From the human T2T-CHM13v2.0 reference genome, Homo sapiens: a stretch of 64,000 nucleotides of DNA. Below the pieces are notes generated by a model, which saw nothing but the letters and a program-made list of their open reading frames with translations, was not told the DNA's origin and did no database searches. Every line of letters starts with the position of its first letter. Within the stretch, counting starts at the first letter, position 1. Where the stretch lies: NCBI RefSeq assembly GCF_009914755.1, contig NC_060947.1; one strand, given 5' to 3'. Of the stretch, positions 13,886-26,400 are shown piece after piece. Made by a program: the position numbers and the translations under genes.

Positions 13886-16520
13886 TCCTTTTCAAGTTAT
13901 TCCATTAATTATTTATAGGAAATAACAACAGTTTAATGAAAATTTAAAAAAAGAATTAGGAAGTTTATCCATATCTAATTCAAAATCACATGACAAATTC
14001 TTATTTAACTTAGTCAACCTATGGGGATAATTTGTATTCTTAAAAAAATCTCTTCTAGTAGGAAAAAATATAATTTCAAAATCTTACTTAAACCAAATGT
14101 ATTTGTTATTCAAGATATGAGTACATTTCTCTCTGTCTTGACACTTGAAATTCTCGTATAAGATTTCAAATTATAGGGGAAAAATCAGAAGAATTGATTG
14201 TTGTATTTTAGGAAACTCACATTGTGTTTTGGGAATTTTGGCAAATTATAAAAAATACCCTTTAATTTCCATGAGCAAAAGTACATGCTGACTTGAAGTT
14301 AATTCTACTTTTTAAAAGTAAAATCATTTCGGAAAGTTTTTCAGTGAGTTATGTCCATGCAAAATAAGTGAACACTGGTAATTCTTTGTACAACAGAGTA
14401 CAAAAATTGAAAGAGAATAGGAAAATATTGCTTCTTAGGGATCGGGGATATATATTTTTCATCATGGGACATGATATTTCATCTGAGCACAATGTGCATT
14501 CGAGGAATGGATAGGACTGGCTTATAGTTTAAATAAATATCTTAGCTAGTCATGGTTATATTCTCTTAGACTAAATTTCAGTCAAATTCTTAGCAATATT
14601 AATATGCGTATTTGAACTAATTTCTGTGTGAATTCTACAAACTGTGTAGCAGAAACATCATTTTATGTTTAAAGAAACAAAGTAAAGGGAGAGATTAATA
14701 GGAACTCAGACAAATGCAGAATCAAATTTATAGTGTATTAAAGATTTATATCTCCTTCCTTGTTATATAAGAACTAAAACTTAGGCAACATTTTATCTCT
14801 TAGCGGTATACTCTCCTTTTACAAATACCAAAATATAATATTTATATTTTGAGTATCCAAAGAGCCATTACCTTAAATCTGTATCTTCTAATCATGAAGT
14901 GCAGATGATTTTTAAGGCAGACAGCATTTGGTTTATTCAAAAAACCTTTTAACATGTCTTTTGCAGTGAGTTAATCTGTCAGACTGATAAAATAAGTTCC
15001 TCATACTCCCCCTCCTCTTCCTGCGCATATAAGCTTTTATTTAATTCTGTTTGAAATAGCTTGCTTGTATTTTCGCTTCCTCTTCATGTTTGTGGCACTG
15101 CTTTTTATGCTTTGTTCTTTGCTGACATAAAATATTTATCAACATATCATCTAAGAAGATTGGTTCTCCACAGTAGATATCCAATATGTTTCACCACATG
15201 GAAAATGTCTTTTCTTGTTTATTCCTAAAATCTGTAGCCAAATTCCCATATGTCTGGTTTATCCATTGATACTTGAAAATGTAAAACTAAGTAATTCTGT
15301 GGATAACAATTATGCATGAACATTGCCATTAAACAGTAAATTTTAAAATAATTTATATTTAAACTAAAATAATAATCATATATCTTTCAATATCAAGCAA
15401 ACGGATTTGATTTTATTCCATTCCTTTGTTATAATGGAAAACAAATTTTCTAATACATTTATTTTTCATTTTTTCTTTGATATGATTTCCCTAATAGTTA
15501 AAACAATAGCATTATTCAGAGACTGTATTTTTAGATGTGGCCTATGATTTCAAGGATCCCTCCTTTCCCCATGTGTTACAATACAACATATAAATAACCA
15601 GTTGGTTCCAAGACTAAAAATTTCTGCCAAAGCTTGTGTTCATACAGTTACAAAGTCCCAATAAGATATATATTAGAGAGAAAAAATATAAATATAGAAA
15701 ATAAATCAAAGTCTCCAATTCTTTGAAAATGCCAGCATGGTACTACTGTTAAGCTGTCAGTAATTCACTGTGATTACAAGAAATCACAACTTCAGTCCAT
15801 GCTAATATCACATGTGAGATTATGAAAACATATTTATAAAGAGAATTATCAAGTCAGCTTGCACTTCCAAAACCATACTTTCGTTTCAATTATTTCATCT
15901 CCTTAAATATTTTATATGTAAATATTAAGATCTATATAATAAAATAATCAATTTATTTGGAGTTTTATAAGTTGTCCATCCAGATGCATCTCTCTAAACT
16001 GATGTATTAGGAGGAAAAATACTGTCAATGAATAAACATCACTATCTTTCTCATTTTGTAGCACATTTTAAAGTGAAAGTAATAGAACATTACTTTGGGG
16101 GAACAATGCAATATTTATGATAGTGAACATTATTGAAATAAGTTCAAATTTTTCTTTATGGATTTTAAAAAACATGCTTTCATATACAAAAACATGTAAA
16201 CATCTGCCTAAAATAAAGTTGAAATAGATATTTTTGAAATGGTAATTATATGACCTATTTCTTATTCCAGTTTTCTGTTACATATGCTATATGTAATAGA
16301 AAATGTAAATAATATAGTATTAATATAAGTATAGACATGCGTATAATATATGATCAATATAAGTACTTCTCAAATGAAATCTCTGTTTCCAAACTATGTC
16401 CTAAGTTGTGTGCAGAGCTTAATATGTTTAGCAAGGCATACGAACATACAGAAAGAGAAAATATGCTATAGAACTTACAAAACTGACATTCACTAATAAA
16501 ATAAGACTTTCAAGTGCTTA

Positions 16521-17424
16521 TTTTTATTTGTTATTTTTAACTTTATTATGGGTATATAATAGTTGTATATTTTTATGAGGTATGTGTAATGTTTTGATAC
16601 AGACATATAATGTATAATGATCAAGTCAGGGTAATTAGAGAACACATCATCTCAAGCCTTTATCATTTTTTTGTTTTAGGAACATTCCAATTCCACTCTT
16701 TTAGTTATTTAAAAATAAACAACAAAATACTGTTAACTAGAGTCACCCTATTGTGCCACCAAATACTAGATCTTATGCATTCTATCTAACTCTATGTTTG
16801 TACACATTAACTATCTTCACTTTATCCTTCTGTCTCCTCTATGCTTTCCAGCCTTTGGCAATCATCATTTCACTCTCAACCTCCATTGAGTTCAAATTTT
16901 TTTTTAGCTGCCATATATGATTGAAAACATGTAACATTTGTCTTTCTGTGTCTGACTTAATTCACTTAACATAATATCCTTCAGCTCCATACATGTTGTT
17001 GCAAATGACAGAATTTCATTTTCTTTATGGCTGAATGATAACCCATTCTGAATATGCAGCACATTTTCTTTATCCATTCATCCATTGGACACTTAGATTG
17101 CTTTCATTTCTTGGCTATTGTGAATAGTGCTGCAAAATAAACACGGGAGTGCAGATATCTCTTTGATATACTGATTTTCTTTCATTTGGATTTAAACCCA
17201 ACAGTGGAATTGCTGGATCATATGGTGGGTCTAATTTTAGTTTTTTGAGGAACCTCTATACTGTTCTCCATAGTGGTTGTACTAATTTACATTTTCATCA
17301 AAAGCGTAGGAGCGTTCCCTTTTATCCCTACCCTTGCCAGAATTTGTGATTGCCTCTCTTTTGGATAAAAGCCATTTTAACTGGGGCGAGATGATTTCTC
17401 ATTGTAGTTTTGATTGGCATCTCT
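16521..17424 (-). mobile_element. L1MA-like 3' end; non-inverted arm of a twin-primed L1
   Basis: T-rich tail at 16521, L1MA-type 3' UTR and end of ORF2. Left TSD ACTTTCAAGTGCTTA at 16506-16520. Confidence 0.88.
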
Positions 17425-20240
17425 CGAAAAACTGGGTATAGAATGAACATATATCAACACAATAAAAGTCACATTTGTTAAGCCCACAGCTAGTATCATA
17501 CCAAACAAGGAAAGTCTGTAACTCTTTCCTCTAAGATCAAGAACAATAAAAGCATGTGCACTTTTACCACTTTTATTCAACATAGTTCTCTACTTAGATA
17601 AGAGAAGGAAATAAAGGGCATTCAAATTGAAAAAGAAGAAGTCAAATTATTCTTGTTTGTAGACAACGTAATCTTATATTTAAAAAAACCTTAAAGTCCT
17701 CACCAAAAAACTATTGGAACTGATAAACAAATTGGAATTAGTAAAGTTGCAGGATACAAATCCAACATACATAGAAAAACATTAGTAGCATTTCTATATG
17801 CCAACAGCAAATAAGTTGCAAAAGAAACCAAAAAAGAAACACCATTTACAATAGCTAAAAATAAAACAAAGTATCCAGGAGTAAATAACCAAAAACTTGA
17901 AAGATTTCTACAATGGGCCACCATCGTCGGCAAAGCCTGAGTCCTGTCCTATCTCTCTCCTCCCCGGACAGCATGAGCTTCACCACTCGGTCCACCTTCT
18001 CCACCAACTACCAGTCACTGGGCTCTGTCCAGGCGCCCAGCTACGGCGCCCGGCCGGTCAGCAGCGCGGCCAGCGTCTATGCAGGCGCCGGGGGCTCTGG
18101 TTCCCGGATCTCCGTGTCCCGCTCCACCAGCTTCCGGGGTGGCATGGGGCCTGGGGGCCTGGCCGCGGGGATGGCTGGGGGTCTGGCAGGAATGGGAGGC
18201 ATCCAGAACAAGAAGACCATGCAAAGCCTGAACGACCGCCTGGCCTCTTACCTGGACAGAGTGAGGAGCCTGGAGACTGAGAACCGTAGGCTGGAGAGCA
18301 AAATCCGGGAGCACTTGGAGAATAAGGGACCCCAGGTCAAAGACTGGAGCCATTACTGCAAGACCATCGAGGACCTGAGGGCTCAGATCTTCGCAAATAC
18401 TGTGGACAATGCCTGCATCGTTCTGCATATTGACAATGCCCGTCTTGCTGCTGATGACTTTAGAGTCAAGTATGAGACACAGCTGGCGATGCGCCAGTCT
18501 GTGGAGAACGACATCCATGGGCTCCGCAAGGTCATTGATGACACCAATGTCACTTGACTGCAGCTGGAGACAGAGATTGAGGCTCTCAGGGAGGAGCTGC
18601 TCTTCATGAAGAACCACGAAGAGGAAGTAAAAGGCCTACAAGCCCAGATTGCCAGCTTTAGGTTGACCGTGGAGGTAGATGCCCCCAAATCTCAGGACCT
18701 CGCCAAGATCATGGCAGACATCCGGGCCCAATATGACGACCTGGCTGGGAAGAACCGAGAGGAGCTAGACAAATACTGGCCTCAGCAGTTTGAGGAGAAC
18801 ACCACAGTGGTCACCACAGTCCGCCGAGGTTGGAGCTGCTGAGATGACGCTCACAGAGCTGAGACGTACAGTCCAGTCCTTGGAGATCGACCTGGACTCC
18901 ATGAGAAATCTGAAGGCCAGCTTGGAGAACAACCCGAGGGAGGTGGAGGCCCGCTACTCCCTACAGATGGTGCAGCTCATCGGGATCCTGCTGCACCTGG
19001 AGTCAGAGCTGGCACAGACCCGGGCAGAGAGACAGTGCCAGGCCCAGGAGTAATGAGGCCCTGCTGAACATCAAGGTCAAGCTGGAGGCTGAGATCGCCA
19101 CCTACCGCCGCCTGCTGGAAGATGGCGAGGACTTCACTCTTGGTGATGCCTTGGACAGCAGGAACTCCATGCAAACCATCCAAAAGACCACCACCCGCCG
19201 GAAAGTGGATGGCAAAGTGGTGTCTGAGACCAACAACACCAAAGTTCTGAGGCATTAAGCCAGCAGAAGCAGGGTACCCTTTGGGGAGCAGGAGGCCAAT
19301 AAAAAGTACAGAGTTAAAAAAAAAAAAGATTTAAACAATGAAAACTATAAAACATTGATGAAAGAAATTGAGGCAGATACAAAAAAATTGAAAGACATTT
19401 CATATTCATAGATTTGAAAAATCTATATTGTTACAAAGTCCATACTACCCAAAGCCATCTACAATTCCTATCAAAACACCGATGACATTCTTCAGAGAAA
19501 TGGAAAAAATAATCCTAAAATTTATATGGAACCACAAAAGACCCAGAATAACCAAAGCTATGCTAAGCAAAAATAACTACACTGGGGGAATCATAGTACC
19601 TGACTTCAAATTATACTACAGAGCCATAGTAACCAAAACAGCATGGTACTGGCATAAAAATAGACACATATACCAGGGGAACAGAATAGAGAACCCACAA
19701 ACAAATTCACATACCTACAGTGAACTCATTTTTGACAAAGGCGCCAGGAATATAAACTGAGGAAAAGAGAGTCTCTTCATTAAATGGTTCTGGGAAAACT
19801 GGATATCCATATGCAGAAGAATTAAACTTGACCCGTATCTCTTGCTATATACAAAAATCAAATCCAAGTGGATTAAACACTTAAATCTAAGACCTTAAAC
19901 TATGAAACTACTACAAGAAAACATTGGAGAAACTATCCAGGACATTGGTCTTGGCAAAGACTTATTGACCAATGCCCCAGAGGCACAAGCAATCAAACCA
20001 AAAAATGGACAAATGGGATCACAGCAAGTTAAAAAGTTTCTGCACAGCAAAGGAAACAATCAACAAAGTGATGAGACAACCCACAGAAGGGGGGGAAATA
20101 TTTGTAAACTACTCATCTGGCAAGGAATTAATAACCAGAATATATGAGGAGCTCAAACAACTCAATAGGAAAAAAGGTGATTAATAAATAGACAAGAGAT
20201 TGTAATAGACATTTCTCAAAATAATATATACAAATGGCCT
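17425..20240 (+). mobile_element. Inverted ORF2 arm of the same L1, split by the KRT18 retrocopy (L1 parts 17425-17915 and 19325-20240)
   Basis: Plus-strand ORF2 fragments ([47 protein letters not shown]). Right TSD ACCTTCAAGTGTTTA at 20241-20255 matches the left copy at 13/15. Confidence 0.88.
17916..19324 (+). pseudogene. KRT18P: Processed keratin 18 pseudogene (KRT18P family; copy number not assignable)
   Basis: Intronless. [13 protein letters not shown]... starts at ATG 17973 and ...KVLRH ends at TAA 19256-19258. Has 5' UTR, AATAAA 19298-19303, poly(A) from 19316, and TSD AAAGATTTCTACAATG (17900-17915) / AAAGATTTAAACAATG (19325-19340). Lesions: TGA 18555-18557, one Lys codon lost at ~18609, 2-bp deletion at ~18815, 1-bp insertion giving TAA 19051-19053. 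Confidence 0.98.
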
Positions 20241-21769
20241 ACCTTCAAGTGTTTAAGTAAAAGTTGTTTCCTGATATCATGTCCATTTACTTATGCAATA
20301 TAGAGACTTTAATTACCTACTGTTTTCTTTATAGTACAGCAAATTTTTAAATTAGTTTGTAATAGAGCAAACAGGTTGGTGAAAATGTGAAGAAAAAGTT
20401 TTGAAATTTTTTATTCTAAAAAACTTCAATTATATTCTCTCTCTAGATATGATTGAGTTTTATCCCTGTTTTATTTCTATGTGCACAACTCAAAAAGGTT
20501 TGTTGACAAACCAGTCAAAGCTTCGAAATTGGGTAAATTGCTTAGAAGAAACTTATTTTCAATTTCACAAGGAAGGAATTTTAAAACTTAAGTCTTTTAG
20601 CAATGTACAGATTGTACATTATTACCTTGGAGGCATGTATTTTGTCTGCATTAAAATCATGCAAAGGAACACGCTTTACAAATCAATTTCACTGTGGACC
20701 TAAAGACCAGATACACCACCAAGTCCCATTTAAAAATGGCCTTAATTTAGAATTCACCCTCTCAAGAACAGATTGAGTATTAAAAGGTATGAAATGTTTG
20801 AGAGCTAAAATTGTTTCAAACATTTTGGATAGCTTAAAGGCATACTTTAGAAATACTGATTTCTTAGTATTTTCTTTGCCAAACTGAAGAAAATAATGGA
20901 TCCAGCCCTCAAAATTTTGCTTTGGGAATTTCTCATCGTCATTAAAATTTGTATATTATCATAACTGCTTCATGTACCTCCCAAAGCAGTGTAACCAGTG
21001 CCTTAGTAGGAACTTTCAATGGACCATGAAACAATTTTTATTCCCACATTTATTTTTGAGAAAAGTTGAGTCCTCCATAATTCATATTTCTTGAGTTCTT
21101 TCTGGGAGTCAGCAAAATCTTTAAAAAGATTCTTTAAAAAAAGAATTTGTTATCTTAAATATCCAAACTAACTGAGAAGGATTTTAAATTGACATTTGTG
21201 TTGTTAGGATAGTTTGACAATGTAATTAGTGAAGTCAGATGGCCTGGAGAAAACCAAATGAAAAAATAATGTGATCATATATAAATTTTTCTGTAAGATG
21301 TCCAGTTCTGTATATCTCAGAATTATTCTTTTAATTTTAGCTACCAAAAGGAGTTATTATGATTGGCTAGATTCTCTTTATATAGCCATGAACAATTTAA
21401 AATATTAAGGCTAGATTTTGAGGTGGAAATTTTTGCCTTATATTTTTAGCAAAAAGGAACAATTATATTCTATTTCTCTTAAGGACTAAGTTAAATTGCT
21501 AATTAGTATTTTTCAATAGGCATTATCATTTTGTTGGATCTGCCAAAGCAAGATTTTATTTCTTAAAATATGATTTTCTCTTATTCTGCCCTTGTCAGTT
21601 GATGTGAACATGAGGGGGTAAATTGCATTTAGTATTCATCTAAATTGGAATTTTCCAAATGTATAATCTAAAAGCACTGATCTGTTGATACTCCCTGCAA
21701 TAAAAGTTTTCCTTGAGCAAATAGTTTTGGATATATGTATTGTTTTCATATCTTGGAAATGATCTGTAA

Positions 21770-21950
21770 ATGGTGGCATTTAATAGTATGTGAGTTCCTT
21801 GGTAATGAAAACATGAATTCTAATTCTACTTATGTCTCTAACTTGTTGTGTTAGTCTTAGATCTAAGTCATTTTATTTCTCTTGATGTCATTCTTCATGT
21901 GTATATTGAGGATGCTGAATCGGATGACTGTCTAAGGGCTCTGGTCCTTG
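21770..21950. mobile_element. MIR relic
   Basis: CATGAATTCTAATTCTACTTATGTCTCTAACTTGTTGTG...AAGTCATTTTATTTCTCT...GGATGACTGTCTAAGG resembles the MIR core. Confidence 0.5.
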
Positions 21951-22548
21951 ACTTCTCTAATCGTTTTATTCTAGATAAAATTTAAGTTGTAACTCTGTGC
22001 TCTTTGAAGCGCGTAAACACTGTCAACATAAAAAAATGAGACTTGAAGGTGGTATCCATTACAGCCTTTGCAAAGATTTCCCTTGAATAAAAGGGCAGAA
22101 AATAGAGCCAATAGCTTGTGGACTAGGAAGATTTTGTGAAGAATAGGAAAAATGAGTTAATTTCAGAAATGGAAAAAAAAGTACAACTCTAGGCTATGAA
22201 AGAAAATAAGCCATCTGGTATTATGGCACTGCATGAGTTCAGTCAAGCAAAATTCTGTTAATGTAGAAAATGGTAATTGCATATTTTGTGAAAATGTTTC
22301 GATTCCTAAGGTTTTAGTTACCTCTATAATAAAGGCAACATTATGACTTTCGCTGTTGTCAATTTTCAAATTTATATTTCTTTGATCCAGTAGTAACCTA
22401 ATTTTTATTGAAACTCAAGGCACAGAGGAATATGGATAGAAACTTTAATATACAGGGATACATAATTAATTTTATATTTGCAACACTTATTTCACTGCAA
22501 ATAAGATGCTCATTATGTTAATCACATTGCAGCTTCTCTGTTTGTAGC

Positions 22549-22922
22549 TCATATGGTTTGGCTGTGTCCCCACCCAAATCTGATCTTGAATTATAGTCCC
22601 CATAATCCCCACATGTCACAGGAGGGACCTGGTAGGAGGTAATTGAATCATGGGGACAGTTACCCCCATACTGTTCTTATGATAACGAGTGAGTTCTCAA
22701 GAGATCTGATGGTTTTATAAGGGGCTTTTCCCCCTTTGCTTGACACTTCTCCTTCCTCCTGCCATGTGAAGAAGTGTGTGTTTGCTTTTCCTTCCACCAT
22801 GATGGTAAGTTTCATGGGGCCTTTCCAGCTCTGTGGAACAGTGAGTCAATTAAACCTCTTTCCTTTATAAATTACCCAGTCTTGGGCAGTTCTTTATAGC
22901 AGCATGAGAACAAACTAATACA
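22549..22922 (+). mobile_element. THE1C/D-like solo LTR
   Basis: TCATATGGTTTGGCTGTGTCCCC...AACTAATACA with perfect 5-bp TSD GTAGC (22544-22548 / 22923-22927). Confidence 0.93.
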
Positions 22923-23317
22923 GTAGCCTTAACCTTACACACAATTTGAATAGAAAATTTGATTCGAGCTTCACTATTTTTGTAGTTCAGACTCTATGCA
23001 ATCTACACAAGTACAAAACTGCTACAGTATATTAGTTTTGCACTCAATAGGAGATTCACTGGGGTGATTTGAATTATACATCAAGAAGAATTGAATCTTT
23101 TTTGCATATTTTGTAGAATTTTTTAAAATTAGCATTATTCAAAGAGGTATTGGTTTATTAATTTGACACCACAGTCTTCCGTACACTGATTTCATTTTTT
23201 TCATGCTGATTCTGCCATATCCTGTGACCTGCAGTATAAACTACTGTGTGGCTTTGCATAAGAAAATGAGAAACTTGTTCTCAAAAGTTAGCCTGTATCA
23301 CGGTTGCATATGCTAGT

Positions 23318-23469
23318 CCATGCTATAGGTGGCATAGGCCTGTAGTCCTAGCTGAGATGGGATGACTGCTAGAGCCCAGGAATTTGGGGTTGTACTGAGC
23401 TATGATCTTTCCACTGCACTCCTGCCTGGGCTACAGAGTGAGAACATGTCTCTTAAAGAAACAAAAAAA
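23318..23469 (+). mobile_element. Old Alu right monomer (FRAM-like)
   Basis: GGTGGCATAGGCCTGTAGTCCTAGC...GAGCTATGATC..CCACTGCACTCCTGCCTGGG..ACAGAGTGAG followed by an A-rich tail. Confidence 0.8.
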
Positions 23470-26400
23470 GCCCATAAGAATAGGATAAACATTAGTTTTC
23501 AGGTGAATTGAATCTTGACTGATCAGATTTTATTTGTATTAGGAACTATAATAAACATTGTAATTCACTGAATTAAGGAGGAGATATATGCATATGCATA
23601 GTGATACTTACATGCAATATTATATTTCAATTGACTCTAGTAGTAAAGATATCTGATTATTTCTAAACAAATGTCTTTGAAAATGTTTTCACTTCTTATT
23701 TATTCCAAGAAATAACACTTTTATTTTAAAATGGCTTCATTAATGCAGCTTTATTACATGACTTTAAAATTTATGCATAATAAAACTGCAACTGTTACTT
23801 CTTTATTGAAGTAAATGGCAATTATAGAATGATGCATGGTACTTGATCAACAAAGGTTACGCCAACACTGTGAATTTTATGGTGAGTTCTATTGACCTAT
23901 AAGCTCTTCAAACATCATCTAGTTATTTGGAATTCTCATTTACTTTTAGCCAGATATTTCTAGCTCATATTTAGTACTTAAAATTTGTTTTAGGAATATA
24001 AAGGAGATATTAAAATATGTGTGTATGCGATAATGTAGCATGTTTTGGTATTGTTCTCATGATAAATTTTAGTAATATTTATGAAACTCAAAGAGGAGAT
24101 TTTTTTTCTTTAAAATGTATGTTTTCTTAATTTTGTGGTAAAAGAAGCCTAGTTATTTCTATTGTTTTAGTTTACTAATTAAAATATTTGCTAGTCATTA
24201 ATTCAGAAAATAATGTTAAAAACTCAATTATACTCAAAGTAAGAATTTATGCAAACATAATTTTTTATTATTATTGAATTTGTGTAAGTAAAAATAATGA
24301 TGCCTAAACTATCGTTTTTAAATTTATTAACAAATAAATTTAATCACAGAATATTTAATAGCCTAAAAACAATCTTCTTGTTAAAAACACACTTAACGTG
24401 TGAGATATGTTCATCTTCCATATTAGACAAATTATGTTTTAAGTTACACATTAGTCATATTATATACCTCGTCATTCATAATATAAAATTCGGTTGGATT
24501 ATTTATTTTAAAAATTAGTTTCAGTCATAATGATTCACATAGACTATAGTATTTCAGATGACAAGGACTATGCTGACCTGTTTACCACAAACATCTTGGG
24601 CAGTGTTGATGCTTTAAAAATGTCAATGATAAACCTTTAAACCTTAATTAAAAATTACTCTGAGATTTAGAGATACATTTCAAGATGGGCCTTTAGCTTA
24701 CACAAAAAAGTCCTAATAATTATAATGAATGCATTTCTTAGTGGTTGTTAGTATATAAGATATATATAGATATATATATATACTCCCTTACAGTGGGAAA
24801 ATGGTTCCTTTTCTGGACCATTTCTCATGTGATGAATTCGAGAAATTCTTCACATTCAGTCTTAAAAGTTTTAAGCCAAATATGCTTATTGTTCTGAATT
24901 TTAAGGAAAATTAATCAATATTTGACTTTGGTGGTTTATAAACCAATTTTCACTTTTCAATTTGGGAACTAAAAGTCTTGAATAAGTTGTTAAAATGTGT
25001 TTGTTTTCTTTTTTATTGTTGTCACGTCCCTCGTTTTGCTTCTTTTATTTGTACCTTCCATACTATTAGAAATAAGTCCAGACCCATTACATTACTTATT
25101 TTTTTGACCTTTTTAGTTACCAAATTAGAAAGGATTTTTATCACTAAGCTCTAGACAACACTGAAATTGCAGTCTTTAAAAATGAAAAGCACGTACGTTA
25201 TTACTTTTCTGTTTAAAGCAGTCTTTCTCTTTTTAGAGTTTTGTATATTTGAAAACTCTACACTTAAATATTACGAGTTGATTATGAATTCTAATTAATA
25301 CAAAATTAGAGTGATTCTGTGTGTATGTGTGTTTGTGTGTTTCTTATCATTGAAGTAGAATCCTCATTTAAAGGGTGGGGAATTGCAAAATTCTATGTAG
25401 AAGATCAATCCTCCCCAAAGTGTTTTATGAAAGCACTATTTTAAAAAAATTTTATACTTCAGCTTGTATTACCATTAAATTACATTGCATACAGATGAAA
25501 CACCTTGCAATGAGAAATAAATGTGCTGTTTGTCAGTGACACTTAAAAGTGTTGTACAATGCTCTTTTATTGATCCTTATTAGTGCATAGAAACATTACT
25601 TTCACCTCTATTTTTCTATTCTGCTTTATTCCATCTAAGAATTTCATGTCTTCAGTTTTGTAATATTCTAATTTTATTCAAAATAGATTTTTAACAAATT
25701 CAAAATGTTTATCTTTAAGCTTTTATCCATAATGGATATTATTAAATAATTCCTAAAATGCAGATGTGATCAGGAAATTATTTATTAATATTGGCTTTAA
25801 AATTTTGTAATGAATAAACTTGAGAGTCATCTGCCCAGATCAATACATATTTGGCTGTTTATAAACATACAATTATTTTGTTTAAAAATAGACTTTGCTA
25901 CTTGTTCCAGGTCAAGCATGATTTCACAGTGTTTTGAAGAAAGTCAATAATGCAAGGCTTGAATTTATCTAGAAAATAATGACAATAATCTCTAATCCCT
26001 TATGTCCTAATTGTGAGAAATAATATAAAATTTTAGGTGAAGACAATGGTATTATAGAAAAAGTTTCTTAAACCATGATAAGAATAATTCTACTGGGCCA
26101 TTCTCATGCTAGTGCCTGCTGATTTTGGGTTTTTCCTATTACTATTTTATATGTCAGAAGTTTGGAGACAGAGCAACCTGTTAAGTCAAAAACAATGTCT
26201 TTTCTTGCTCTACACTTATAGTAGGAGGTTGCATGAAAGAAACTGGTATGTCAGTAGAGGACTGTACTTAGCCATCACAGGCGACGAAGCTAGAAAATCT
26301 ACTGAGTTACTGCAAAACGTTACGTTTAATAACACATTTCCTTTGTGGAAAGCACCAATCATTACTTCCCAGGAAGCCAACATATTGCATAGGCTTGGTC

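Noticed and set aside
17897-18280. Apparent L1 ORF2-KRT18 fusion ORF (KDFYN...)
   Set aside because: TTG start, only a few L1 codons, and it reads KRT18 out of frame.
18015-18617. 200-aa antisense ORF and other alternate-frame ORFs over KRT18P
   Set aside because: Shadow ORFs of GC-rich keratin coding sequence, with no independent support.
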